From: an uncultured Candidatus Saccharibacteria bacterium
Lineage (GTDB): Bacteria; Patescibacteriota; Minisyncoccia; Phycocordibacterales; CAZNKJ01
Assembly (NCBI GenBank): GCA_964574145.1
Contig: CAZNKJ010000005.1
Coordinates: forward strand, 1 to 53,376
Reading direction: 5' to 3'
DNA length: 53,376 nt
Numbering within the stretch: the stretch's first letter is position 1; every line of letters starts with the position of its first letter. Made by a program: the position numbers and the translations under genes. Positions 1-8,822 of this stretch are shown here, one piece after another. The notes under the pieces were generated by a model. The model saw nothing but the letters and a program-made list of their open reading frames with translations, made no database searches and was not told the origin of the DNA.

Positions 1-38
1 AGAGTTTTGAGTAAAAAAGTAGTAAAGTAGTAAAACAT

Positions 39-109
39 TGCCGGATCGTCTAATGGTAGGACACATGCCTCTGGAGCATGGTATCTAGGTTCGAGTCCTA
101 GTCCGGCAG
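39..109 (+). tRNA. tRNA-Gln (anticodon CUG)
   Basis: Hand-folded cloverleaf. Acceptor TGCCGGA/TCCGGCA, D stem GTCT/GGAC, anticodon stem CATGC/GCATG with loop CTCTGGA (CTG at 71-73), T arm CTAGG-TTCGAGT-CCTAG, discriminator G109. No encoded CCA. Confidence 0.85.
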
Positions 110-341
110 CAGCTTAGTGAGACAGACCGAGACGCTTTATTTCCAAGGTTTTTTGAAAATAAAGATGTCTAAATAAGGTGTCCTAGACTCCTGAAATTAT
201 GGTCAAAGTCACAAGTTCTATTCCGAAAATTACATACCTGCTGAGAGCAGTAACCAGAAAGAAAAATCACTCAAAAATGGGGTGATTTTTCTTTTGCTTC
301 CTTAAGTTGAGTTAGTCTTTTATTTATGTGTATACTCAAGC

Positions 342-2267
342 ATGGCTTGGAATGATGAATTAGAAAATGGGACTCCTGCGCATGGAATAGCGGCGTCAAC
401 GCACAACCGTATTCGCGTTTTGGCGGGTCCTGGTACTGGAAAATCGTTTGCTATGAAGCGTCGTGTCGCACGCATTCTAGAGGTCGAGGAAGTCAGACCG
501 AATCAGGTATTAGCTGTAACCTTTACTCGTATCGCTGCAGAGGATCTTCATCGCGAACTAGTGTCCTTAGGAGTTAACGGCGCTGATTCGTTGAAGGGTA
601 AGACTTTACATAGTTTAGCTATGTCTATATTGATGCGGAATCATGTTCTCACTGCACTAGGACGAACTCCGCGCCCGTTGAATAAGTTTGAGCTTGAGCC
701 GTTACTCTCTGATTTAAGTAATATACATGGTAATAAATACATGCGTAAGCGCAGGGTGCTTGCTTATGGCGCAGCTTGGGCTCGCTTGCAGACACAGGAG
801 CCAGGGTATACACGGACTCCTGAGGATCAGGCATTTGTTGATGAGTTAGTTTTATGGCTTCGATTCCATAAAGCCATGCTAATGGATGAAGTCATACCTC
901 ATCTGTATCAATATTTACAGACAAACCCAGGTGCTCCTGAGAGAGATGAGTACACACATTTACTGGTTGATGAGTATCAGGATTTAAATAGAGCTGAGCA
1001 AGACGTTTTACATTTCTTAGGAGAGAGAGGATCTATTTGTGTTATAGGAGATGATGATCAGTCTATATATAGCTTTAGACATGCTCACCCTGATGGAATT
1101 CGAGATTGGATTATATTACATACCGCAGAGGAACATCAAATTGCCGAATGTAGGCGTAGCCCGACAACAGTAGTAAGAATGGCGAATACGCTTATAGCAC
1201 ATAACACAGGACGACCGGCAGCTCGAGTGATGGTGGAACTCGAGTCTAAAGGAGTGGGGGAGATTGTAGTTCGACAATACAGAACTGCGGAGGAAGAAGC
1301 AGAAGCTGTCGCTTCAAAAATTGCCGCACTCGTTGAAAGTGGGGTATCGCCAGGTGAGATTATAGTTCTCACGCAACGTGAGATCTTTGCGACTCCAATA
1401 TTTAACAAACTAAGGACAAAGGATGTTCCTGTAAGGTCGTATTATGCTGAATCGGATTTAGATACAGTCGAAGCACAGGAACGTTTCGCAATACTTAAGT
1501 TGCTTTTAAATAAGGAGGATCGTGTTGCACTCAGATGGCTTCTGGGGCGTGGGATTGCTGATTGGAGGACTAAATCGTATAAACGTTTAATGAACTACGT
1601 GAGCACCAGTGGTACTTCTCCTTGGGACGCACTAAGCTCACTGGCTATTGGCACTGTTACCTTACCGTACACAGGTCCACTTGTTACGAGGTTTAAAGAA
1701 ATTCAGGCAGATATTATTGCTTTGGAAGCTGTTTCCGATTTAGATGAGTTTGTTCAACTCTGGCTTTCTGAGTCTGAAGCGACATCTCTACTGACTGAGA
1801 CAGTATCACGTTGTATGGAAGGACTTACTACATCGCAGGAACTCTATGATGCTCTGTACGAGATAATAACTAATCCAGAAGTTCCGACAGAAATAGCAGA
1901 AGTTCGTGTTATGAGCGTGCATAAGAGCAAGGGTCTAAGTTCACCGTTTGTATTTATCGTTGGTTGCATAGAAGGCTTGTTGCCTGCTCGTGCGGACATA
2001 AACATGTCGGAAGATGAACAACTTGCGAAATTAGAAGAAGATCGCAGGCTTTTCTATGTTGGTATAACGCGCGTTAAAGCTGACTTGCCAAATCATACAG
2101 GTTACCTCGCCCTTACACATGCGCAGACAATGAACGCAGCAGACGCGCATAAGAGCCAAATTACTCCCGTGCGAACTGTTCTAGGTATTGCGTATTTGCA
2201 AGCAAGTCGATTTATAGGAGAGATGGCACCTCATGTTCCCATCACTCAATTCAATACACCCCTTTAG
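342..2267 (+). CDS. UvrD/Rep/PcrA-like superfamily 1 DNA helicase
   Basis: Walker A GPGTGKS, TFTRIAAEDL, DEYQD (motif II), VIGDDDQSIYSFR, C-terminal VHKSKGL and YVGITRV motifs. Confidence 0.85.
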   Translation: MAWNDELENGTPAHGIAASTHNRIRVLAGPGTGKSFAMKRRVARILEVEEVRPNQVLAVTFTRIAAEDLHRELVSLGVNGADSLKGKTLHSLAMSILMRNHVLTALGRTPRPLNKFELEPLLSDLSNIHGNKYMRKRRVLAYGAAWARLQTQEPGYTRTPEDQAFVDELVLWLRFHKAMLMDEVIPHLYQYLQTNPGAPERDEYTHLLVDEYQDLNRAEQDVLHFLGERGSICVIGDDDQSIYSFRHAHPDGIRDWIILHTAEEHQIAECRRSPTTVVRMANTLIAHNTGRPAARVMVELESKGVGEIVVRQYRTAEEEAEAVASKIAALVESGVSPGEIIVLTQREIFATPIFNKLRTKDVPVRSYYAESDLDTVEAQERFAILKLLLNKEDRVALRWLLGRGIADWRTKSYKRLMNYVSTSGTSPWDALSSLAIGTVTLPYTGPLVTRFKEIQADIIALEAVSDLDEFVQLWLSESEATSLLTETVSRCMEGLTTSQELYDALYEIITNPEVPTEIAEVRVMSVHKSKGLSSPFVFIVGCIEGLLPARADINMSEDEQLAKLEEDRRLFYVGITRVKADLPNHTGYLALTHAQTMNAADAHKSQITPVRTVLGIAYLQASRFIGEMAPHVPITQFNTPL

Positions 2268-2448
2268 GTTGTTATGACTCATTAATATATTTAGGGAACC
2301 CATGTCTAGTTTAAAAAGTGTAGAAAAAAAGAAGATGTTGCTTGGCAAGCCATATCATTCAACGACGAACCCGGCGATGAGGAAATTGATGCTGCGGGTG
2401 ATGCGTGGATTCAATTGGAGATTGACAAAAGAAGAGGGAAATAGCTAA

Positions 2449-3779
2449 TTAGGAGAGCAACGCAAGTTGCTTTTCCTTGAGTACCATTTTGCTTCTCAAA
2501 TGAGTAAGTAACTCACGCTTTTCCCACATCGATCTTTTGCGTAAGATATGTTTCGCATAATTTCTGATATCTATCTCTTTTATTTTTATACTTTCTTGCA
2601 CAGTCTGCCCAAGAACTGATTCCTGGAATTCTTGATGTTTTTTGATTTCAGCCTTGATTTGATTCTGCATACCTATCTTATCAAGTGATACAATATCCAA
2701 TATATTTACAAGCTGTTCAATTAAGTCTTCCTCTCGTATATATCCACATGGACAGTTTTTATCTTTAAACTTTGTACAGCCGTAGTACACGTAATGACTC
2801 ATTGCTCCATCTTTAAGTTTCTTAAATTTCTCGTCAGCAGTGACACCTGAGCCACATAGTCCACAGATAAGCATCTTTGTGAAAGCAAATTCTTTGCTCT
2901 GAGTACATACTGCATACTCATTTCTCATCTTGTTCTGCACGGTATCAAATAATTCTTTGCTGATAATCGGGGTATGTTTGCCTTTATATAATAGCCCCTC
3001 TTTTTTAGGATAGATGAATTCACCCGTATAAAATAAATTTCTAAGAATTGTATAAACATTACTTAACGAGAGAGGCTTTCCATTTTTAGTCTTAAATTGC
3101 ATATCTTCTATAAGCCATTTGAAGAGCTTACGACCTGACCATCCGTTGTATGCCACTTTTTCATACATTTGCTTGATTATCTCTGCTCGCAATTCATCAA
3201 TTATTACTTCACATTTCTTCTCTCTATTTGGGTTACTGAGATACCCTGTAGGAGGCACACTGAAGGCCAGAGTCCCATCTGGCATCGTGCGCGAAGTCCA
3301 CGCTTCACATTTACCATTTTATTATCATTCTCTAGTTTTGCTTGTGATCCAAGGATCATCAGAAGGAATTTCTCATTTGGATTGTTTGAGAATTGTTGTC
3401 CGTAAGTACGTATATCATGCAATAATTTTTGGTCCATTAAATCAACTACTGCACCAAGGTCTCCTGCATTACGAGACAGACGATCGGGTGCCCATGTCAA
3501 AATTCCATTAAACTTACCTTGTTTAATTTCAGATATCATCTCGTTGTATATAGGTCTTTGCCCTACATCTTTAGATGAGTGTGATTCTCTCTTAATTTCG
3601 GTTACATTAAGCTCCTCTCTTTTAGCTAAAGCAACCATCTCATTTACTTGGGATTCTATTGATAGTGCTTGCTTATCTTCCTGCTCTGTTGATTTGCGTG
3701 CGTATAGGCAGTATTTAACCTTTACAGGGGTTGTTTTTGGAGCAGTATCCTCTATGTGTATTTTTGTTACATCCCTCAT
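2449..3779 (-). pseudogene. Large serine recombinase, split by a 1-nt frameshift near 3262-3270
   Basis: ORF 3204-3779 gives the resolvase catalytic domain (YARKSTEQED..SIESQ, WAPDRLSRN). ORF 2449-3285 continues in another frame with the recombinase domain and a zinc-ribbon (CGLCG...YYGCTKFKDKNCPCG). The frames overlap at ..RCQMGLWPS / VPPTGYLSN. Confidence 0.8.
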
Positions 3780-3847
3780 ATAGACAAGGGATGACGCAAT
3801 CTTCTATAGGAGTCTAGAGCGTCCTAAGTTGGTAAGAAGTAGGTAAG

Positions 3848-4309
3848 TTATTTAGCGTGTTCGCGCCCTTTGAATAGGCTTAAGACCCTCTTTAACTCAT
3901 CAGTTTGTTCTTGCGTTAGATCAGTGTTTGGATTGTCTCTAAGCGATTCGTTTAATTTTTCTAGTAATTTAATAGGGATGTACGCAGGATGCCTGTTTCG
4001 TAGCCAAAACATAATAGCTCCGAGTTTTCCATCTTTTGCATTCTTGATAAGGAGAGATTCCATCATGTCATTCATGACGGACACTCCTTCTTTCATAGCT
4101 TGTCCAAGCATCTTCTCAAAATCCTTATCCTCACTTATCCATCTGTAGATAGTGGTACGATCAACACCAATTTGCCTTGATGCCCATGTAATGTTTGGAT
4201 TCCTGTGCATATGTTCCAAGAATTCATTTTGCTGTTTCCATTTTCTTCTCGCTATTGTTGCTTCTCTCTTACTTACAGCCTCATTGGATTTCTTCTTCCT
4301 ACGAGACAT
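3848..4309 (-). CDS. Phage-type helix-turn-helix protein (terminase-small-subunit / phBC6A51-like HTH)
   Basis: Basic N-terminus, then NITWASRQIGVDRTTIYRWISEDKDFEK, a typical HTH followed by a helical tail. It ends 2 nt from the ParB-methylase gene. Confidence 0.6.
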   Translation of the reverse strand: MSRRKKKSNEAVSKREATIARRKWKQQNEFLEHMHRNPNITWASRQIGVDRTTIYRWISEDKDFEKMLGQAMKEGVSVMNDMMESLLIKNAKDGKLGAIMFWLRNRHPAYIPIKLLEKLNESLRDNPNTDLTQEQTDELKRVLSLFKGREHAK

Positions 4310-4311
4310 GT

Positions 4312-5664
4312 TTATTTTTTGTTAGAGCTGATAAGTTTAGCCTTTTTGCCTGTTAACGATTCCATCCTTTTTACGCACACCATTGTGTATGCCGGAACTT
4401 TTTCCATTGCATAGCAACGTCTGCCCATTTTTTCTGAGGCTATCAGAGTACTTCCACTACCAGAAAATGGTTCAACGATAAGATCTCCTCGTTTGGTTAA
4501 GACTTTTATATATGGAATCAAGATATCTAACGGTTTTGTACCGAATACTACTCCTTGCCCAGAGTTCTTCTCGTCAGAAGCTATGTGCTCAATGAAGTCA
4601 GTAGGACAATACTTACTCCCTTTCTTATACGGCTCCCAGTGTGGTTTACCTGAAGTAGCAAATATCGCATTTTGATATTCATTTTGAATAAGTTCATCCT
4701 CATCCTCCATATTTAGCTCAACATCACCTTGGGTTCCAAGCAGTGCAACATCATGTTTATTGAAGAACTTGTACTTTGCTGCGAATCCTTGAACACGATT
4801 TGGTACTCTCCAGATAATGGTATTTCGGTACCGCCAGTGCTTTTCCATCTCTGTCCATAGAAGCTTCAAGTTCTTCGGATGCTCATAAGCAATGATTGAG
4901 AAGTCTTCCTTTTGGATCCTCGCTACATTAGCCATCCATTTTTCAATAAAGTCATCGGGAATTTCGTCTGTTTCAAGATACTGTCTGTCACGTTTGTATC
5001 CAAAACCTTTTGTTGCTTTCCCTCCTTTACGTTTCTTTCCGTGTAAATAATCCAAAATGTAAGGTTCGTCAGTCAGGCACATATCGGCTTTCTCACCATC
5101 CATGAGCTTGAGCATGTCAGCTTCAATGGTGCTGTCGCCACACATTATTCGGGAACCACTACCAATTTCATACACATCTCCTTTTTGTACCGTTATCTCT
5201 GTAATGTCGAGTTTTGCAAGAGCCTCCTTAAGATCAAATGTCTCAGGATTGTCTTCATCTGGGAATATGTCGTCTAAGTCTTCAGAAGAAAATCCAACGT
5301 CTTCAAGGAATGATTCGTCAAACTCCGCAAGAAGTTCGAGGTCCCATGTGCCTTGATTTTTATTAAGACGAAGATTTAGTTCCTTCTCTTTCTCAATATC
5401 AGCGATGTGAACATACACCGCAGGCACTTCTTTATACCCAAGCTCTTTTAAGGCTTGATGCCTCATGTGACCGCCTAGAATAATGTTTAGACGCTTTGGT
5501 GCTTTATTTACCACCAACGGGTCGACCATTCCGAAAATTTTTATACTCTCTTGAAGATCTGATAATTGTCCCTTACTCCACTTTCGGGGATTGTATGTCG
5601 TTGCTTTCAGAGAGCCGATAGCAACGTAGGTGACCTTAAGGTCACAAGTCTTAGTGTTTGTCAT
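4312..5664 (-). CDS. ParB-N domain fused to N4/N6 DNA methyltransferase (beta class)
   Basis: N-terminal ParB-like nuclease domain (LVVN..ILGGHMRHQALKELG). Catalytic TDEPY (DPPY-type) motif precedes the SAM motif VEPFSGSGSTLIA. Confidence 0.8.
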   Translation of the reverse strand: MTNTKTCDLKVTYVAIGSLKATTYNPRKWSKGQLSDLQESIKIFGMVDPLVVNKAPKRLNIILGGHMRHQALKELGYKEVPAVYVHIADIEKEKELNLRLNKNQGTWDLELLAEFDESFLEDVGFSSEDLDDIFPDEDNPETFDLKEALAKLDITEITVQKGDVYEIGSGSRIMCGDSTIEADMLKLMDGEKADMCLTDEPYILDYLHGKKRKGGKATKGFGYKRDRQYLETDEIPDDFIEKWMANVARIQKEDFSIIAYEHPKNLKLLWTEMEKHWRYRNTIIWRVPNRVQGFAAKYKFFNKHDVALLGTQGDVELNMEDEDELIQNEYQNAIFATSGKPHWEPYKKGSKYCPTDFIEHIASDEKNSGQGVVFGTKPLDILIPYIKVLTKRGDLIVEPFSGSGSTLIASEKMGRRCYAMEKVPAYTMVCVKRMESLTGKKAKLISSNKK

Positions 5665-5844
5665 AATTATAGACAGTTAGCTACTAATTCAGTTAGTTGC
5701 CGTAAGTTACTGTAAGTTGCCTATAATCTCGTTACTCTTAGATTAGCGAAAAATGGTGTGACATGCAAAGAGGGGGTGTGGAAGCAATCGCGTCAATGGA
5801 GACAACCGACTTTTCAAACTCTCAAGATCGAGCTAGGATGCCAA

Positions 5845-5866
5845 ATGATAGCTATTTTGCTATCAT
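5845..5866. promoter_or_regulatory. Perfect 8-bp inverted repeat (ATGATAGC-N6-GCTATCAT), candidate operator in the divergent methylase/HNH intergenic region
   Basis: Read directly. It abuts TTGACT/TTGACA hexamers at 5866-5877. Confidence 0.4.
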
Positions 5867-5929
5867 TGACTTTGACAACTGAATATTGGTAATGACCTAA
5901 CCCTCTAGATTCCTAGAGATATGGTCGAC

Positions 5930-6066
5930 AATCGCACGACACAAGAGAACCCATCATATAGGGCGTGTCGTGCGTTACCAGGGGAAACCCTGGTAGAGGA
6001 AACCGTGAGGTTCCTTCCTATGTGGTGGGCTTTGTTGTATCTACCGCACTAAATCGCACGACACAT
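5930..6066 (+). promoter_or_regulatory. Structured leader upstream of the HNH gene with mutually exclusive 10-bp helices
   Basis: CGCACGACAC occurs at 5933-5942 and 6055-6064, with its complement GTGTCGTGCG at 5965-5974. The downstream alternative encloses two GNRA-capped hairpins: TACCAGGG-GAAA-CCCTGGTA (5976-5995) and AGGAA(A)CC-GTGA-GGTTCCT (5997-6015). It ends 2 nt before ATG 6067. Confidence 0.45.
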
Positions 6067-6492
6067 ATGAAATTTGAATATCCTGAAGACAGGGAGTTCT
6101 TTGTTAATTTACTTAACAAAGGTGACGACAAAACATTTGATGAAAAGTTTGGAGATTACTTTGACTTTAGACACCCAGCTATTAAACGTTGGGAGTTTAA
6201 TAAGGTGCGAAAGAAAATTCTAGAAGAATTAATTGAAAGGTACAAAGGTGAATGTCAGCTTCAATTACATGAAGATTGTAGTGTTGAGAAAGTGTGGCAT
6301 CCAGATCATATTCTCCCTCTTTCCACCAATGAACTTAATAAGAAATTGAGGAATATGAATGGATCTTCAGGCGAAAAAGTTCCTTCTCAAAGCTTTGGAT
6401 CAAATGATATTAAAAATCTTACTCTAGCTTGCAAGAGGTGTAACTATTATAAGAAGCACAGATTGATGTTGCCTAAGAAAATGAAGGTATAG
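6067..6492 (+). CDS. HNH endonuclease (small, stand-alone)
   Basis: HPDHILP...NDIKNLTLACKRCNYYKKH gives the HNH/Cys pattern. ATG 6067 is preferred; the 5' extension from GTG 5965 translates the structured, non-protein-like leader. Confidence 0.75.
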   Translation: MKFEYPEDREFFVNLLNKGDDKTFDEKFGDYFDFRHPAIKRWEFNKVRKKILEELIERYKGECQLQLHEDCSVEKVWHPDHILPLSTNELNKKLRNMNGSSGEKVPSQSFGSNDIKNLTLACKRCNYYKKHRLMLPKKMKV

Positions 6493-6525
6493 TCACGACA
6501 TCTTTGTTTTTGATACAATCTAATT

Positions 6526-7113
6526 ATGTATAAAAGGAAACCAGTATCAAGACTCAGTGGTGACGAAAAATTCACCAATGCAGATAACAAGAAGTTCACT
6601 GTGCTCGATTTTTGGCAGTATGGTCTTTCAAATTTAAATTCAAATGTTACTCGTGGATCTCTTGCAGAGTTTCTTGTTGAGAATGCACTGAAAGATAAAA
6701 AGAGTATAGACATTCGTAATCCTTGGGGAGATTTTGATGTTGAATATAAAGGGAAGAAAATAGAAGTGAAGTGTAGTTCATATCTACAAGACTGGGACCA
6801 AAAGAATTTAAGTAGACCAACTTTTACTAAACTAAAAGCGGAGGAGCTTTATTACAATGACGTTGTAGGAAAAAAGTCAGAGAAAGGCTCAGACTACAAG
6901 GCAGACATTTATGTACTGTGCCTTTTTCACCACAAAGAAACAGAGACATTAAACATTCTAGACATGGATCAGTGGAGTTTTTATGTACTTTCTAAAGATA
7001 AACTAAAGCAGATTTCCAATGACAGTAGTAGCATCTCGCTTGTAAGTTTAGAAAAGCAGAATATAACCCCAGTTTCTTTTAATGAATTGCGGAAAACTGT
7101 AGATGGATTGTAG
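6526..7113 (+). CDS. Hypothetical protein with a PD-(D/E)xK nuclease-like motif
   Basis: GDFDVEYKGKKIEVKCSS matches D-x(n)-E-x-K. Clean ORF 33 nt after the HNH gene. The nuclease assignment is tentative. Confidence 0.45.
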   Translation: MYKRKPVSRLSGDEKFTNADNKKFTVLDFWQYGLSNLNSNVTRGSLAEFLVENALKDKKSIDIRNPWGDFDVEYKGKKIEVKCSSYLQDWDQKNLSRPTFTKLKAEELYYNDVVGKKSEKGSDYKADIYVLCLFHHKETETLNILDMDQWSFYVLSKDKLKQISNDSSSISLVSLEKQNITPVSFNELRKTVDGL

Positions 7114-7160
7114 CTTTACTAAGCCGTATTTTTGTTGTAAACTAATGGTAAGTCACCAAC

Positions 7161-7361
7161 ATGGATAAAAAGGAGGATAAAAACAAGGACTTACCAGACA
7201 TACTCACTCTGCAACAAGCGTGTGAGGTGTTGAACTGCCATCCTAATACACTTCGTAACTGGGATAATGAAGGAACACTCAAAGCAATTCGCTTTGGTAA
7301 GCGTGGTGATCGTAGATATCGCAAAGAGGATATTTTAAATATTTTGAACAACGAAAAATAA
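7161..7361 (+). CDS. MerR/excisionase-family HTH protein (possible controller of the R-M operon)
   Basis: LTLQQACEVLNCHPNTLRNWDNEGTLKAIRFGKRGDRRYRKEDI is HTH_17-like. Its stop is 3 nt before hsdM. Confidence 0.7.
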   Translation: MDKKEDKNKDLPDILTLQQACEVLNCHPNTLRNWDNEGTLKAIRFGKRGDRRYRKEDILNILNNEK

Positions 7362-7364
7362 ATT

Positions 7365-8822
7365 ATGTTTGAGCAAGCTTTTAAAAATATAGACGACACT
7401 CTCTGGAAAGATTCAGGAGTAAGTAACGAACTCGATTATGTGGAGCAAACTTCATGGATTCTTTTTCTTAAGTATCTTAATGACCTTGAGAAAGATAAAG
7501 AAACAGAAGCAAAGCTTGCTGGTAAAAAATATACACATATCATAAAACCTGAATTCCGTTGGGAAACTTGGGCGGTTCCAAAGATATCTGACGGCAAGCT
7601 TGACCACAACAAGGCACTTACTGGAGATGACTTAAAAGATTTTGTAAATAAAGAGCTGTTTCCATATTTAACAAAGTTTCGTGCTGACGCAGACAACTCA
7701 GATACAATCGAATATAAGATTGGTGAAATTTTTAGTGAGGTTAGCAATAAAATCCAAAGTGGATACACTTTGCGTAATATTTTAGATATTGTTGATGGTT
7801 TAAGATTTCGATCTCAAGAAGAAAAACACGAACTATCTCATCTCTATGAAGGCAAGATAAAAAATATGGGTAATGCAGGACGTAATGGTGGAGAATATTA
7901 TACTCCTCGCCCTCTTATTAAGACTATTATAAGAGTGGTTGATCCTAAAATTGGTGAAAGTATTTATGACGGAGCGGTTGGCTCGGCAGGCTTCCTTGTT
8001 GAAGCATTTGAATATTTAAAAGAAAGTAAAAAACTAACTACTAAAGACGTTGAAACGCTCCAGAAAAAAACATTCTATGGAAAGGAGAAAAAATCACTCG
8101 CTTACATTATTGGAGTGATGAATATGATTCTACACGGTATTGAAGCGCCAAACATTGTTCATAAAAACTCATTATCAGAGAATCTAACTGATGTTCAAGA
8201 AAAGGATAGGTATGACATTGTGTTGGCAAATCCTCCATTCGGAGGCAAAGAACGATCAGAAGTGCAACAAAACTTTCCTATAAAAACTGGGGAGACAGCT
8301 TTTCTCTTTCTTCAACATTTTATTAAGCACATGAAAGCAGGGGGAAGAGCAGGTATTATTATTAAAAACACATTCCTTTCAAACGGGGACGCTGTTCGTT
8401 TACGAGAGTTATTATTACAAAGCTGTGACTTACACACTATCCTAGACTTACCAAGGGGTACATTTACAGGAGCTGGTGTAAAAACAGTTGTGCTTTTCTT
8501 TAAAAAAGGAATGCCTACTAAAAAAATATGGTACTACCAATTTGATCCTGGGCGGAATCTAGGGAAAACAAATCCACTAAATGAAAAGGATCTGGAAGAG
8601 TTTGTTAGTTTGCAAAAGAAAAAAGAAGATTCAGATAATTCATGGACGATAGATTTAAAAAATATTGATAAACAAACCTTTGATCTGTCAGTAAAAAATC
8701 CAAATAAGAATGGTGACTCTTTACTTCGTGAACCTAAAGAAATTTTGAAAGAGATTGAAATGTTGGACAAAGAAGCTTCAAAAATTCTTAAAAACATAAA
8801 TAAACAAATTTATGAAAAATAA
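7365..8822 (+). CDS. hsdM: Type I restriction-modification system, methyltransferase subunit
   Basis: HsdM N-terminal region, SAM motif DGAVGSAGFL, catalytic NPPFGG. Confidence 0.9.
   Translation: MFEQAFKNIDDTLWKDSGVSNELDYVEQTSWILFLKYLNDLEKDKETEAKLAGKKYTHIIKPEFRWETWAVPKISDGKLDHNKALTGDDLKDFVNKELFPYLTKFRADADNSDTIEYKIGEIFSEVSNKIQSGYTLRNILDIVDGLRFRSQEEKHELSHLYEGKIKNMGNAGRNGGEYYTPRPLIKTIIRVVDPKIGESIYDGAVGSAGFLVEAFEYLKESKKLTTKDVETLQKKTFYGKEKKSLAYIIGVMNMILHGIEAPNIVHKNSLSENLTDVQEKDRYDIVLANPPFGGKERSEVQQNFPIKTGETAFLFLQHFIKHMKAGGRAGIIIKNTFLSNGDAVRLRELLLQSCDLHTILDLPRGTFTGAGVKTVVLFFKKGMPTKKIWYYQFDPGRNLGKTNPLNEKDLEEFVSLQKKKEDSDNSWTIDLKNIDKQTFDLSVKNPNKNGDSLLREPKEILKEIEMLDKEASKILKNINKQIYEK

Noticed and set aside
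5965-6066. N-terminal extension of the HNH ORF from GTG 5965 (MSCVTRGNPGRGNREVPSYVV...).
   Set aside because: The extension translates the hairpin-rich leader and is not protein-like. A clean ATG at 6067 starts the conserved part.
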